Assembly: GCA_902801485.1 (NCBI GenBank)
Contig: CADCIP010000010.1
Location: forward strand, 25,465-89,464
Source of the DNA: an uncultured Bacteroidales bacterium
GTDB lineage: Bacteria > Bacteroidota > Bacteroidia > Bacteroidales > Bacteroidaceae
DNA: 64,000 nucleotides
Reading direction: 5' to 3'
Part shown: positions 8,464 through 20,087 of the stretch, piece after piece
Layout: each line of letters opens with the position of its first letter
Numbering within the stretch: position 1 is the first letter of the stretch
The notes under the pieces: model-generated
The model's database searches: none
The model's input: the letters and a program-made list of their open reading frames with translations, nothing else
Told to the model about the DNA's origin: nothing
Program-made: the position numbers and the translations under genes

Positions 8464-11409
8464 TTAAAATCTTCCTCCGCCTCTTGACGGGCGGTCTCCG
8501 CCACCTCTATCACCTCCGCGTCCTTCTCCTCTCTCACCTTGCATACCGCCTCTGTTGCCTCTCATGCCTCTTCCGCCAAATCTGCCGAATCGCAGATTGG
8601 CCGAGAACAGCACGTAGCTGTGTACCATCTCAGTCTGTGTATCTGTTCTGCTGGTGGCAGATACGGAACGGTTAATGTCGTCACGCTGTCCCAGGATATC
8701 TACAGCTCTAAGAGACAAGGTTAGAATTCTGTGTGGCAGCAGGCTTTGGCTGATAGTGGCATTCCAGATTAGTCGGCTGGTGTTCATGTTGTCATCCGTG
8801 TAGCCCCGTCTGCAGTTCTCGTTAATGTCAGATCTGATGGTCATGTTCCAAGGTGTCTTAATCACAATCTCACTTCCGAATGAGAAGCCGTGGTTGTCCA
8901 GGTTCGAGGCAGAGGCATTTGTGCTGCGCCTCAGGTTATAGTTGAAACTCCCGTTCAGACTGGCTTCCACACTCCACTTGCTTTCCCATTCGCGTCTGTA
9001 GGTAAGGCGCAGGCGCTGACCGAAGTTTCCGCTTCGTGTGGTATTTTCCACGGTCGTAGAATCGACACTCCTGTACAGGAAGCCGACAGCATTCGTATAG
9101 CTGACAGATGTTCCTGAATTTATTATCCAGTACTTTTTCGGTCCTAAGGCTGTATTGAAGTTAAAGTTGGCCGATGCGTTCCAGTTGCCGTTCACGTTTA
9201 CCGGCATGGTTACACGTCCACCCGTTGTCTCGTTATATTCGGTACGGTTGGTAGTAGCGTTGCGTGTTGTTCTGAACTGTATGTTCAGCGACGATGTCCG
9301 TTGGTATTCCACCACTGTTCTGCGGTAGTCCAGATTGAAGTTCTGCGTAAAGGACGGCTTCAGCGTGGCATTACCGATGCGTATGTTCAGTGGGTTCGCA
9401 TCCGAAAGGGTGTCTGGAATCATGTCCGTCATGTTGGGTTGCGAGGTGCTGCCGTTGTACCTGATGTTCAGCTGTTCCTGCCTGCTGAACTTATAGCGGA
9501 AGTACACGTTCGGGGAGAAGTTGGCCACAGTACGTGTCAGTATGGTGTCTATCCGACCTTTCTGGTAGTCAATCTTGCTTACCTGTGGTCTTACGTTCGC
9601 ACCTATGGTCAAATCGTATTTTGTCCTGTTGATACGCAGTTGCACGTTTGCATTATGATTATGGAAATGGTTGATGGTATAGTTACACTGCTGTTTGTCC
9701 CTTACGGTGTAGGGAGAATCAAAGAATTCTGTGTAATTCCATTCATCAACACCTAATATTTCATTGTAGGGGTCAAAGATAGAGCGTACTTCCCGTCTGT
9801 TATCCCTGAAGTTGTAACCATAGCTGTAGCTCAGCTGCAGGTAGGTATTGAAAGCTATGGGCTCACTGTAACCGATGCTTGTTTCTATGTTGTAGTTCTT
9901 CTGCGGATTATTGTTGTACTGCACCTTGTGGTACACACTGTCTCCTCCGTCATGCGCCAATATCTGATAATAGTCTGTAAGGCTGTAGTTGGCGCTCTCG
10001 CCCTTACTGTCGCCGTATCCGCCTCTCACATTCAGGGTGATGTTCCTGCCCCGTTTTCCCAGTTGTTTGTTCACCTGAAGCGAAGCAGAAGCATTTATGT
10101 TATGTGAGGAACTGACACTGGAGCCTCTTCTGTGGTTCACACCAATCTCTTTGGCGAACTTTTCATAGTCAGCCAATGGGTCTTTAGAGTACAGATAGGG
10201 ATCGTCGTTGAATGCAGCCGACTCGTTGTCATTGTTGTTATGGTTCTTTCCGTAGCTGAATTCCGGACGGAACAGGATGTTCCAGGTCGAGTCAGGTTTC
10301 CATTCCACTTTGTACTGGAAACCAAAGTTCTTGTTGTTGCCGCTGCTCCAGTTATGGCTGTTGGTATATGCCGAGTTTCTTATTTCAAAGTTCTGGCTGT
10401 TGCTGCGGCTCTCATTGCTTTGCTGATTGAAATCCCCACTTACGCTACCGTTCAGTTCCACTACTTTGTTTTGCCAGTTCATGGTTGCGCCAACGCTCTG
10501 GTTGTCGGTCATTCCGTTACCTCTGGTATTGTTCCCGTTGCCAATTACGCTGAACTTCTGATCACCTATGAACCGATTAAAGTTCAGACGTCCGTTGTAA
10601 CGGTCTTTTGTTCCGTAGGCGCCGTCCAGATTTCCGAAGAAACCGCGTTTTTTGTTTTTCTTGATGGTCAGGTCCAGTACGGTTCTCTCATTACCGTCAT
10701 CTATACCGGTGATACGGGCACGGTCACTCTTCTTGTCATAGGCTTTTACCTTATCCACAATTTCCGCCGGCAGGTTCTGCAGTACCATGTTTCGGTTGTT
10801 GCCGAAGAATTCCTTGCCGTCCACCAGGATTTGACTGATGTTCTTCCCGTTGAAGGTATAGCCTCCGTTTCCGTCTTCCACAATGCCAGGCAGTTTCTTT
10901 ATCAGTTCCTCCACCATGGCTCCCTCTTCCAGCTTGTATGCGTCGGCATTGTACATTACTGTATCATCTACCACCGTCAGCTCTGCCATTTTTCCTTCTA
11001 TAACGGTTTCTTTCATCAGCGTTGCTTCTTCTCGCATCATGATGTCGTTCACCTTGAAGTTTCCGCTTTTTTCGGGCAGGGTGATACCGAAGATTTGTTC
11101 CTTGTATCCCATAAAGGAAACCTTAATGGTATATTTCCCGGCACGGATATTGGGTAACAGGAACCGGCCTGTCTCGGTGGTAATAGCACCTGTTATCATG
11201 GAGTCCTTATCATTGAAAAGCTTAACGGTAGCACCTTGCAAGGGTTCCAGGGTCTGATTCTCAAATACCGTTCCACGCACGTTCAGTCGAGCCACTCCGC
11301 TGTTCTTGGTAACTTGAGTGCTTGGCTTGTTTTGCTGGGCTTTGATTCCGATAATGGGAATCCAGAGCATCAGAATAAACGTAAGAAAAAGGGCCGATAA
11401 CCTTTGCAT
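8464..11409 (-). CDS. Outer-membrane beta-barrel family protein with an N-terminal carboxypeptidase-regulatory-like domain and an Arg/Gly-rich C-terminal tail
   Basis: 981 aa. Signal peptide MQRLSALFLTFILMLWIPIIGIKAQ. A CarboxypepD_reg-like segment (VRGTVFENQTLEPLQGATVKLF..GRFLLPNIRAGKYTIKVSFMGYKE). A long beta-strand-rich, Asn/Tyr-rich barrel region. Confidence 0.8.
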   Translation of the reverse strand: MQRLSALFLTFILMLWIPIIGIKAQQNKPSTQVTKNSGVARLNVRGTVFENQTLEPLQGATVKLFNDKDSMITGAITTETGRFLLPNIRAGKYTIKVSFMGYKEQIFGITLPEKSGNFKVNDIMMREEATLMKETVIEGKMAELTVVDDTVMYNADAYKLEEGAMVEELIKKLPGIVEDGNGGYTFNGKNISQILVDGKEFFGNNRNMVLQNLPAEIVDKVKAYDKKSDRARITGIDDGNERTVLDLTIKKNKKRGFFGNLDGAYGTKDRYNGRLNFNRFIGDQKFSVIGNGNNTRGNGMTDNQSVGATMNWQNKVVELNGSVSGDFNQQSNESRSNSQNFEIRNSAYTNSHNWSSGNNKNFGFQYKVEWKPDSTWNILFRPEFSYGKNHNNNDNESAAFNDDPYLYSKDPLADYEKFAKEIGVNHRRGSSVSSSHNINASASLQVNKQLGKRGRNITLNVRGGYGDSKGESANYSLTDYYQILAHDGGDSVYHKVQYNNNPQKNYNIETSIGYSEPIAFNTYLQLSYSYGYNFRDNRREVRSIFDPYNEILGVDEWNYTEFFDSPYTVRDKQQCNYTINHFHNHNANVQLRINRTKYDLTIGANVRPQVSKIDYQKGRIDTILTRTVANFSPNVYFRYKFSRQEQLNIRYNGSTSQPNMTDMIPDTLSDANPLNIRIGNATLKPSFTQNFNLDYRRTVVEYQRTSSLNIQFRTTRNATTNRTEYNETTGGRVTMPVNVNGNWNASANFNFNTALGPKKYWIINSGTSVSYTNAVGFLYRSVDSTTVENTTRSGNFGQRLRLTYRREWESKWSVEASLNGSFNYNLRRSTNASASNLDNHGFSFGSEIVIKTPWNMTIRSDINENCRRGYTDDNMNTSRLIWNATISQSLLPHRILTLSLRAVDILGQRDDINRSVSATSRTDTQTEMVHSYVLFSANLRFGRFGGRGMRGNRGGMQGERGEGRGGDRGGGDRPSRGGGRF

Positions 11410-11469
11410 ACAATCATAAGACCTGTTAATTCCCCAAAGGTTTAATCAAGAAAATGAATTATAGGGCCT

Positions 11470-11496
11470 AAAAGCCCCATAAGCCCACTTATGTCA
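11470..11496. repeat. 9-mer block of the CATAAGCCC family (tatagggcc taaaagccc cataagccc)
   Basis: Read directly in the divergent region between the outer membrane protein gene and rhaB. Confidence 0.8.
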
Positions 11497-11549
11497 TTTT
11501 CTCATGTTAAAATATCATTTATTCATACTTCAAATAGAAAAAATAGTAC

Positions 11550-11557
11550 TAATTTTG
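11550..11557 (+). promoter_or_regulatory. Candidate -7 box (TAATTTTG) of the rha operon
   Basis: Exact TAnnTTTG match 35 nt upstream of the rhaB ATG. Confidence 0.45.
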
Positions 11558-11591
11558 CACCGAACAAATCCTTATACTCCTAAAAAACGAA

Positions 11592-13067
11592 ATGAAAGAC
11601 CAAGAAAATTTCTTTGCTGTCGATTTGGGTGCCACCAGTGGACGAACCATTTTAGGCTCAATCCAAAATGGTAAACTTACCCAGCGCGAACTTACACGCT
11701 TTCCCAATCAGATAATCCAGTTGGGTGGCCATTTCTATTGGGATATCTATGCCCTATACAACGAGATTATTCGGGGCCTGAAACTTGTGGCCGAAGAGAA
11801 AATACAACTTACCAGCATCGGTATCGACACATGGGGTGTGGATTTCGTTTGCGTAGGTCGGGATGGTGCACTCCTGCGTAATCCTTATAGCTACCGCGAC
11901 CCTCATACCGTAGGTGAGATGGATGCTTATTTCCAGTTGATTTCTCGCGAGAAGGTTTACGAGAAGACGGGCATTCAGTTCATGAACTTTAATTCGCTGT
12001 TCCAGTTGGCTGCCATGCGCAGAAACAACGACTCGGCACTGGATGCCGCCGGTAAAATCCTTTTTATGCCGGATGCGCTGACCTATATGCTAACAGGAGA
12101 GGCGGTTTGCGAATATACGATTCTCTCCACCAGCCAGATGCTGAATCCGCGTACCAAAAAGATTGATGCCGAGTTGTTGGATGTTATCGGCCTGAAGGAA
12201 AGTCAGTTCGGCCGTTATGTCAACCCAGCTGATAGGGTAGGGACGCTAACGCCCGAAGTGCAGCAGTTGACGGGCCTTGGCCCTGTACCTGTTGTAGCTG
12301 TTGCCGGACACGATACTGCTTCTGCCGTAGCAGCCGTTCCAGCCCAAGACACCAATTATGCTTATCTCAGTTGTGGAACCTGGAGTCTTTTGGGTATCGA
12401 GACGCAGGATGCCATCATCAATCAGAAGAGTTACCAGTATAACTTCACCAACGAAGGCGGTATAGAAGGTACCACCCGTTTCCTGAAGAACATCTGTGGC
12501 ATGTGGCTCTTGGAGCGTTGCCGTCAGGAGTGGACCGATGCCCCGTCTGATGTTAATAAGGTAAATGCTGATGCTATGGAGGCAGAGCCGTTCCGCAGTT
12601 TCATCAATCCCGATGATTCCCGTTTTGCTAATCCCCCCAGTATGGTAAAAGCAATCCAGGATTACTGTCGCGAGACAAACCAACCCGTTCCCGAGACATA
12701 CCGTCAGTTGGCTCGCTGCATCTTCGAAAGCCTTGCACTTCGCTACCGTCAGGTCATTGGCTATCTGCGCGAGCTGGCTCCCTTCCCCATACAGAAATTG
12801 CATGTCATAGGAGGTGGAACACACAACCGTTACCTGATGCAGATGACGGCCGACTGTCTTGGCATCCCTGTCATCACAGGTCCTGTCGAGGGTACTGCCA
12901 TCGGTAATATCATGTTGCAGGCCAAAGCTGCAGGTCTGGTTACCGACATCTTCCAGATGCGTCGCATCATAGCCGACAGTATCGATCTGCATACCTATCT
13001 TCCCCAGGATACCCACTCTTGGGAAGAAGCCTATAAGAGATTCCAGGGCTATTCCAGGTTATCCTAG
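11592..13067 (+). CDS. rhaB: Rhamnulokinase
   Basis: 491 aa. FGGY-kinase N-terminus FAVDLGATSGRTILG. Immediately upstream of rhaA, rhaT and rhaD. Confidence 0.85.
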   Translation: MKDQENFFAVDLGATSGRTILGSIQNGKLTQRELTRFPNQIIQLGGHFYWDIYALYNEIIRGLKLVAEEKIQLTSIGIDTWGVDFVCVGRDGALLRNPYSYRDPHTVGEMDAYFQLISREKVYEKTGIQFMNFNSLFQLAAMRRNNDSALDAAGKILFMPDALTYMLTGEAVCEYTILSTSQMLNPRTKKIDAELLDVIGLKESQFGRYVNPADRVGTLTPEVQQLTGLGPVPVVAVAGHDTASAVAAVPAQDTNYAYLSCGTWSLLGIETQDAIINQKSYQYNFTNEGGIEGTTRFLKNICGMWLLERCRQEWTDAPSDVNKVNADAMEAEPFRSFINPDDSRFANPPSMVKAIQDYCRETNQPVPETYRQLARCIFESLALRYRQVIGYLRELAPFPIQKLHVIGGGTHNRYLMQMTADCLGIPVITGPVEGTAIGNIMLQAKAAGLVTDIFQMRRIIADSIDLHTYLPQDTHSWEEAYKRFQGYSRLS

Positions 13068-13135
13068 TCCCACTAGCCGTTCTAGTCCTACTAGTTAAAC
13101 TAGTTCCTCTAGCTAATTATATAAACTATATAAAT
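13064..13135. repeat. 9-nt-period CTAG-word repeat x6, then TATATAAA[CT] x2. It fills the whole rhaB-rhaA spacer
   Basis: CTAG cores at 13064, 13073, 13082, 13091, 13100 and 13109. The rhaB TAG stop is the first CTAG. Confidence 0.9.
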
Positions 13136-14389
13136 ATGAAAAAAGAACTTTTAAACCAAGCTTATTCCGTAGCCCAGCAGCGCTACGCAGAAATCGGAGT
13201 TGATACCGAGAAAGTATTGAAACAGATGCAGGACTTCCACCTCTCCCTTCATTGCTGGCAGGCCGACGATGTGAAAGGCTTTGAAGTACAGGCCGGTGCC
13301 CTCAGTGGTGGCATCCAGAGTACGGGCGATTTCCCTGGTGCAGCTCGTAACATCGACGAATTGCGTTCGGATATCCTCAAGGCCATGAGCCTCATTCCCG
13401 GTAATCACCGTCTGAACCTTCACGAAATCTATGGCGATTTCCAGGGTAAGGTTGTTGACCGTGACGAGGTGACCGTAGAATTCTTCCAGAGTTGGATCGA
13501 CTGGGCCAAGGCCAACAACACCAAGTTGGATTTCAACAGCACCAGCTTCTCGCACCCCAAGAGCGGCAACCTTACGCTGGCCAATCCCGATAAGGGAATC
13601 CGCGATTTCTGGATCGAGCACACCAAGCGTTGCCGTGACATTGCCAATGCCATGGGCGAGGCACAGAATGACCCCTGTATCATGAACCTTTGGGTACACG
13701 ACGGCTGTAAGGACCAGAGTGTGAACCACATGATGTACCGTCATTTCCTCAAGGAGTCTCTCGATGAGATCTTCCAGAAGAAACAGCCCATGATGAAGGA
13801 TTGTCTCGAAGGTAAGGTCTTCGGTATCGGTCTGGAGAGTTTTACCGTCGGATCGCATGACTTCTATACAGCTTATTGTTCCAAGAACAATGTAATCCAG
13901 ACTATCGATACCGGTCATTATCATCCTACAGAGAGTCCGGCCGACAAGGTCAGTGCCCTTCTCGATTTCATTCCCGAGCTCATGTTGCATGTCAGCCGTC
14001 CCATCCGTTGGGATTCCGACCACGTGACCATCATGGACGATCCCACCCAGGAACTCTTCTCCGAGATCGTACGTGCCGGAGCCCTCAACCGTGTTCACTA
14101 TGGCCTCGACTTCTTCGATGGCAGCATTAACCGTATCGGTGCTTATGTTATTGGTTCCCGCAGTGCCCAGAAGTGTATGCTCCGCGCTTTGTTAGAGCCC
14201 ACCCAGACTATCAGCCGGTACGAGTTGGCAGGCGAAGGCTATAAGGTACTTGCCCTCTTGGAGGAAGCAAAGGCCCTTCCCTGGCAGGCTGTTTACGATG
14301 AGTTCTGCCTTCGCAACAATGTTCCCGTAGGTCAGGACTTCATAAAGGATATAGATAATTATGTTGCAGATACAATCAGCAAACGGTAA
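13136..14389 (+). CDS. rhaA: L-rhamnose isomerase
   Basis: 417 aa. The N-terminus, AQQRYAEIGVDTEKVLKQMQDFHLSLHCWQADDVKGFE, closely parallels E. coli RhaA (..SMHCWQGDDVSGFE). Confidence 0.95.
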   Translation: MKKELLNQAYSVAQQRYAEIGVDTEKVLKQMQDFHLSLHCWQADDVKGFEVQAGALSGGIQSTGDFPGAARNIDELRSDILKAMSLIPGNHRLNLHEIYGDFQGKVVDRDEVTVEFFQSWIDWAKANNTKLDFNSTSFSHPKSGNLTLANPDKGIRDFWIEHTKRCRDIANAMGEAQNDPCIMNLWVHDGCKDQSVNHMMYRHFLKESLDEIFQKKQPMMKDCLEGKVFGIGLESFTVGSHDFYTAYCSKNNVIQTIDTGHYHPTESPADKVSALLDFIPELMLHVSRPIRWDSDHVTIMDDPTQELFSEIVRAGALNRVHYGLDFFDGSINRIGAYVIGSRSAQKCMLRALLEPTQTISRYELAGEGYKVLALLEEAKALPWQAVYDEFCLRNNVPVGQDFIKDIDNYVADTISKR

Positions 14390-14480
14390 ACGGTAAACAG
14401 TAAACAGTAAACCGTAAACCGTAAACAGTAAACTTAAAAGAAGAGTCTCTAACCTTTCAATTCTCAATTTTCAATTCTCA
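14384..14480. repeat. C[GAC]GTAAA x7 (14384-14432) and [CT]T[TC]TCAA x4 (14454-14480). Together they make up most of the rhaA-rhaT spacer
   Basis: Read directly. The rhaA TAA stop is supplied by the first unit, and the last unit abuts the rhaT ATG. Confidence 0.9.
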
Positions 14481-15524
14481 ATGATACTCATCGGATTACT
14501 TATCATCGCCATAGGCGCTTTTTGTCAGTCCAGTAGCTATGTGCCCATCAACAAGATCAAGTCCTGGAGTTGGGAAAGCTATTGGTTGGTTCAGGGCATC
14601 TTTGCCTGGCTCATCCTGCCATTCTTAGGTGCGTTACTGGCTGTCCCTGATGGACATAGCCTCTGTGAACTCTTCACCTCAGAGAATAGCTTTAATATTT
14701 GTATGACGATTCAGTTCGGTATTCTCTGGGGCATAGGCGGATTAACTTTTGGTTTGAGCATGCGCTACTTGGGGGTAGCCTTGGGACAGAGTATTGCCCT
14801 GGGAACCTGTGCTGCCCTTGGAACCATCATGGGACCTGTCTTCCTCAGTTGGTTCTTCCCCGAGCAGGATCCGCTTTCCAAGCTTACTTTCTCCGTCCTT
14901 GTCGGTGTGGCTGTCACGCTCATCGGTATTGCCATCATCGGCATTGCCGGCAATATGAAAGCAAAGGCCCTTTCTAATTCCCTCCCTCAAGGGGAGGGCC
15001 AGGGAGGGGCAGGGGATTTCAATTTCCCCAAGGGTCTCTGCATAGCACTCTTGGCAGGCTTCATGAGCGGATGTTTCAATGTGGGTCTGACCTTTGGAGC
15101 CGATATCAACTTCGGCGAGCTTACCGACCCCATGTTCCGTGCTCTCCCTGCCACGTTGCTCGTAACTATGGGCGGTTTCGTTACCAATGCCGTGTATTGC
15201 CTATACCAGAACCATAAGAACCGGACATGGTCGGATTACAGCAATAAATCCGTTTGGGGCAACAACATTCTGTTCTGCCTCCTGGCCGGTGCCCTGTGGT
15301 ACAGCCAGTTCTTCGGCTTGTCGTTGGGTCAGGGATTCCTGCGGGAGTCACCCGAGCTCATCACCTTCTCCTTCTGCATCCTCATGGCATTGAACGTAAC
15401 GTTCAGTAATGTCTGGGGCATCATACTAAAGGAATGGAAGGGCTGCAGTCGTAAGACCATCACCGTTCTGCTCATAGGCATAGCCATCCTCATCCTCAGT
15501 TCCTTTATTCCACAGTTAGTTTAA
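14481..15524 (+). CDS. rhaT: L-rhamnose/proton symporter
   Basis: 347 aa, about 10 TM segments. INKIKSWSWESYWLVQGIFAWLILPF parallels E. coli RhaT (KKVKKWSWETMW..). It sits within the rha operon. Confidence 0.9.
   Translation: MILIGLLIIAIGAFCQSSSYVPINKIKSWSWESYWLVQGIFAWLILPFLGALLAVPDGHSLCELFTSENSFNICMTIQFGILWGIGGLTFGLSMRYLGVALGQSIALGTCAALGTIMGPVFLSWFFPEQDPLSKLTFSVLVGVAVTLIGIAIIGIAGNMKAKALSNSLPQGEGQGGAGDFNFPKGLCIALLAGFMSGCFNVGLTFGADINFGELTDPMFRALPATLLVTMGGFVTNAVYCLYQNHKNRTWSDYSNKSVWGNNILFCLLAGALWYSQFFGLSLGQGFLRESPELITFSFCILMALNVTFSNVWGIILKEWKGCSRKTITVLLIGIAILILSSFIPQLV
14978..15015 (+). repeat. GC-rich palindromic element copy E4 inside rhaT. It also contains a G-quadruplex motif
   Basis: ttCCCTCCCTcaaGGGGAGGGccaGGGAGGGGCaGGGG, translated as SLPQGEGQGGAGD. 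There are five G3+ tracts with loops of 1-3 nt on the coding strand. Confidence 0.85.
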
Positions 15525-15579
15525 CCCATAAGCCCCATAGGTCCTATAGGTCCCATAAGCCCCATAAGTCTTATAAACA
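15525..15579. repeat. Six 9-nt units of the CCCATAAGC family. They constitute the entire rhaT-rhaD spacer
   Basis: cccataagc cccataggt cctataggt cccataagc cccataagt cttataaac, plus one further base (a) before the ATG. Confidence 0.95.
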
Positions 15580-16401
15580 ATGAATAGTATTCTTTCTTTT
15601 CGCCCAGCCCTGAAAGCCGTTATCGATCAGGTAGCCGAAGTTACCGGTTACCTTTGGCAAAACGGGTGGGCCGAGCGCAACGGCGGTAACATCACCGTAA
15701 ATATCACAGAGTTTTCAGATGCAGAGATGGCCGCAATGCCGGCTCTTGTACCTGCCATACAGATTGGCAAGGAACTCCCTATGCTCAGAGGCAAGTTCTT
15801 CTATGCCAAGGGAACAGGCAAGCGCATGCGCGATCTGGCTCGCGAACCCATGCAGAACGGTTCCATCATCCGTATTTGTCCCGATTGTGCCAGCTACGAG
15901 ATTATTGCCGACGAGCCTGTCCTTCCCACCAGCGAACTGCCCAGCCACCTGGCGCTGCAGAACTATCTCCTGCTGACGGGTAGCACCTATAAGGCAACCC
16001 TCCATACCCATCCCATCGAGTTGGTGGCCATGTCGCATATCCGTCGTTTCTTAGATAGCGACGAACTGACCCGCGTCCTTTGGTCTATGATTCCCGAAAC
16101 CCTCGCCTTTGCTCCCTTAGGCATTGGCGTCGTACCTTATAAGATACCCGGCTCAATAGAGTTGGCAGATGCCACCTTGGAACAGATAAAGAGGCACGAT
16201 GTGGTGCTGTGGGAGAAGCACGGCACGGTTGCAGTCGGTACCGATATCATGGATGCTTTCGACCAGACAGATGTCCTCTGCAAAGCAGCCAAGATCTATC
16301 TTGCCGCCCGCAGCATGGGTGAGGAACCCGAGGGCATGACTCCCCAGGCCGTGAAGGAAATCCAGCAGGTCTTCAGACTCCCCATTAGCAGGCCCTGCTG
16401 A
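15580..16401 (+). CDS. rhaD: Rhamnulose-1-phosphate aldolase
   Basis: 273 aa. GYLWQNGWAERNGGNITVNI parallels E. coli RhaD (..KGWDERNGGNLTLRL). It has the His-rich class II aldolase core (HTHP). Confidence 0.9.
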   Translation: MNSILSFRPALKAVIDQVAEVTGYLWQNGWAERNGGNITVNITEFSDAEMAAMPALVPAIQIGKELPMLRGKFFYAKGTGKRMRDLAREPMQNGSIIRICPDCASYEIIADEPVLPTSELPSHLALQNYLLLTGSTYKATLHTHPIELVAMSHIRRFLDSDELTRVLWSMIPETLAFAPLGIGVVPYKIPGSIELADATLEQIKRHDVVLWEKHGTVAVGTDIMDAFDQTDVLCKAAKIYLAARSMGEEPEGMTPQAVKEIQQVFRLPISRPC

Positions 16402-16419
16402 TGATTGAACGAAAACGGA

Positions 16420-16467
16420 GACGTTAACGTCAACGTCAACGTTTTTAATTATCAATTATCAATTATC
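16420..16467. repeat. AACGT[CT] hexamer x4 (palindromic, followed by T5), then AATTATC x3
   Basis: Read directly between the convergent rhaD and yfhO-like genes. GACGTTAACGTC is a perfect palindrome, so it may act as a terminator. Confidence 0.85.
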
Positions 16468-16469
16468 AA

Positions 16470-19007
<2,538 letters not shown>

Positions 19008-19012
19008 TATTT

Positions 19013-19081
19013 CAACGATAACGTTAACGTTAACGATAACTTTTTTTCTTTGTCTTTAACCTTTAACCTATAACCTATAAC
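19013..19081. repeat. CAACGATAACGTTAACGTTAACGATAACT module (19013-19041), then C[TC][TA]TAAC x4 (19054-19081), directly upstream of the yfhO-like ATG
   Basis: Read directly. The 29-nt module is identical to 57108-57136. Confidence 0.9.
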
Positions 19082-19179
19082 CGTTATATTCTTCAAGAAC
19101 AAGAAAGTGAGAAGCGCAACATTAGATGAGCACTCCTCACTTCATAGGATTTCACTTTTAGAAAAGTTACCGCCCTTAA

Positions 19180-19210
19180 CTCTCCCCCAAAGGGGGAGCA
19201 GGGAGGGGGC
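19180..19210 (+). repeat. GC-rich palindromic element copy E5, 9 nt downstream of the rpsO stop
   Basis: CTCTCCCCCaaaGGGGGAGcaGGGAGGGGGC. Confidence 0.85.
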
Positions 19211-19218
19211 CACGTTTT

Positions 19219-19488
19219 TTACTTACGCAGACCCAGAGCCTTGACGATAGCACGATAGCGGTTGATGTCGCGTGACTTCAAGTAGTTGAGGAGTGCACGA
19301 CGCTTACCTACGAGACCGGTCAGGGCACGCTCTGTGCTGTGGTCCTTACGGTTCTGCTTCATGTGCTCAGTCAGATGGCTGATACGGAATGAAAACAAAG
19401 CAATCTGGCTCTCAGCGCTACCAGTGTCGGTAGTACCCTTACCAAACTTGCCGAAGATCTCTTCTTTTTTTGCTGAATCCAAATACAT
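19219..19488 (-). CDS. rpsO: 30S ribosomal protein S15
   Basis: 89 aa: MYLDSAKKEEIFGKFGKGTTDTGSAESQIALFSFRISHLTEHMKQNRKDHSTERALTGLVGKRRALLNYLK. This is a canonical S15. Confidence 0.97.
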   Translation of the reverse strand: MYLDSAKKEEIFGKFGKGTTDTGSAESQIALFSFRISHLTEHMKQNRKDHSTERALTGLVGKRRALLNYLKSRDINRYRAIVKALGLRK

Positions 19489-19650
19489 AATTCTGTATTG
19501 TTTTTAGTTAAACTTGTTTGTCGAGTAGCGCCCTCACTTTGGGACTACTTCGCAAATGCGGGTGCGAAGGTACGAAAAAAAAATCAATTACCTATTATAT
19601 ATAGGCAATTATTTTTCAAAAAGCTCCCTTTTTGTTCATTTCTTTCTTCT

Positions 19651-19709
19651 GTTCTTTTGTAAAAGAACCAAAAGGCATACGCTCATTTCTTTTCAAAAAG
19701 AAACTGAGC
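19651..19709. other. AT-rich palindromes GTTCTTTTgtAAAAGAAC (19651-19668) and GCTCAtTTCTTTTcaAAAAGAAAcTGAGC (19681-19709)
   Basis: Self-complementarity read directly. A third TTCTTTT/AAAAGAA palindrome lies near 20062-20085. Confidence 0.6.
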
Positions 19710-19913
19710 CAAAGAAAATTCTACTTTCCCCAAACCCCTTTCTACATATAAAGGGGCTTAATTGACTACGGCAGCATACGCCGCCTCCGTCAAGGTTTTG
19801 GTATGGCTCACAAGCTTTCGCCCTTCGGGTGAGCCATGATTGCTTAATGCTCATTACATTCGCAAAAAAAGAAAAACATTCCGCACGAGGGGGTCTTTAG
19901 AGGCAGGTTGGTT

Positions 19914-19972
19914 CTTGGAAGAAAGAGCTGAAATGTTGTCTGAGCAAAGCGAGTTCATTTCAGCCTTCCAAG
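19914..19972. other. Long interrupted hairpin (8 + 9 bp stems, 20-nt loop) in an ORF-free region
   Basis: CTTGGAAG-aaaga-GCTGAAATG..loop..CATTTCAGC-CTTCCAAG. Confidence 0.6.
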
Positions 19973-20087
19973 AAACAGCCAGACGGCCCCCGAGCCAGGA
20001 CGTTTTTGGCTTCTTCTTTTGTTTCTTTATCTTCTTTCCCACGGAAGAAGAAAAGAAAAAAGGTTTTGTTTCTTTTTCTAAAAGAAA

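Noticed and set aside
10132-14098. Long antisense ORFs within the outer membrane protein gene, rhaB and rhaA (10132-11157 on the plus strand at 341 aa; 12246-13016 on the minus strand at 256 aa; 13151-14098 on the minus strand at 315 aa)
   Set aside because: The opposite-strand genes have strong, recognisable identities (RhaA and RhaB motifs, and the outer membrane protein domain structure). The antisense translations look random.
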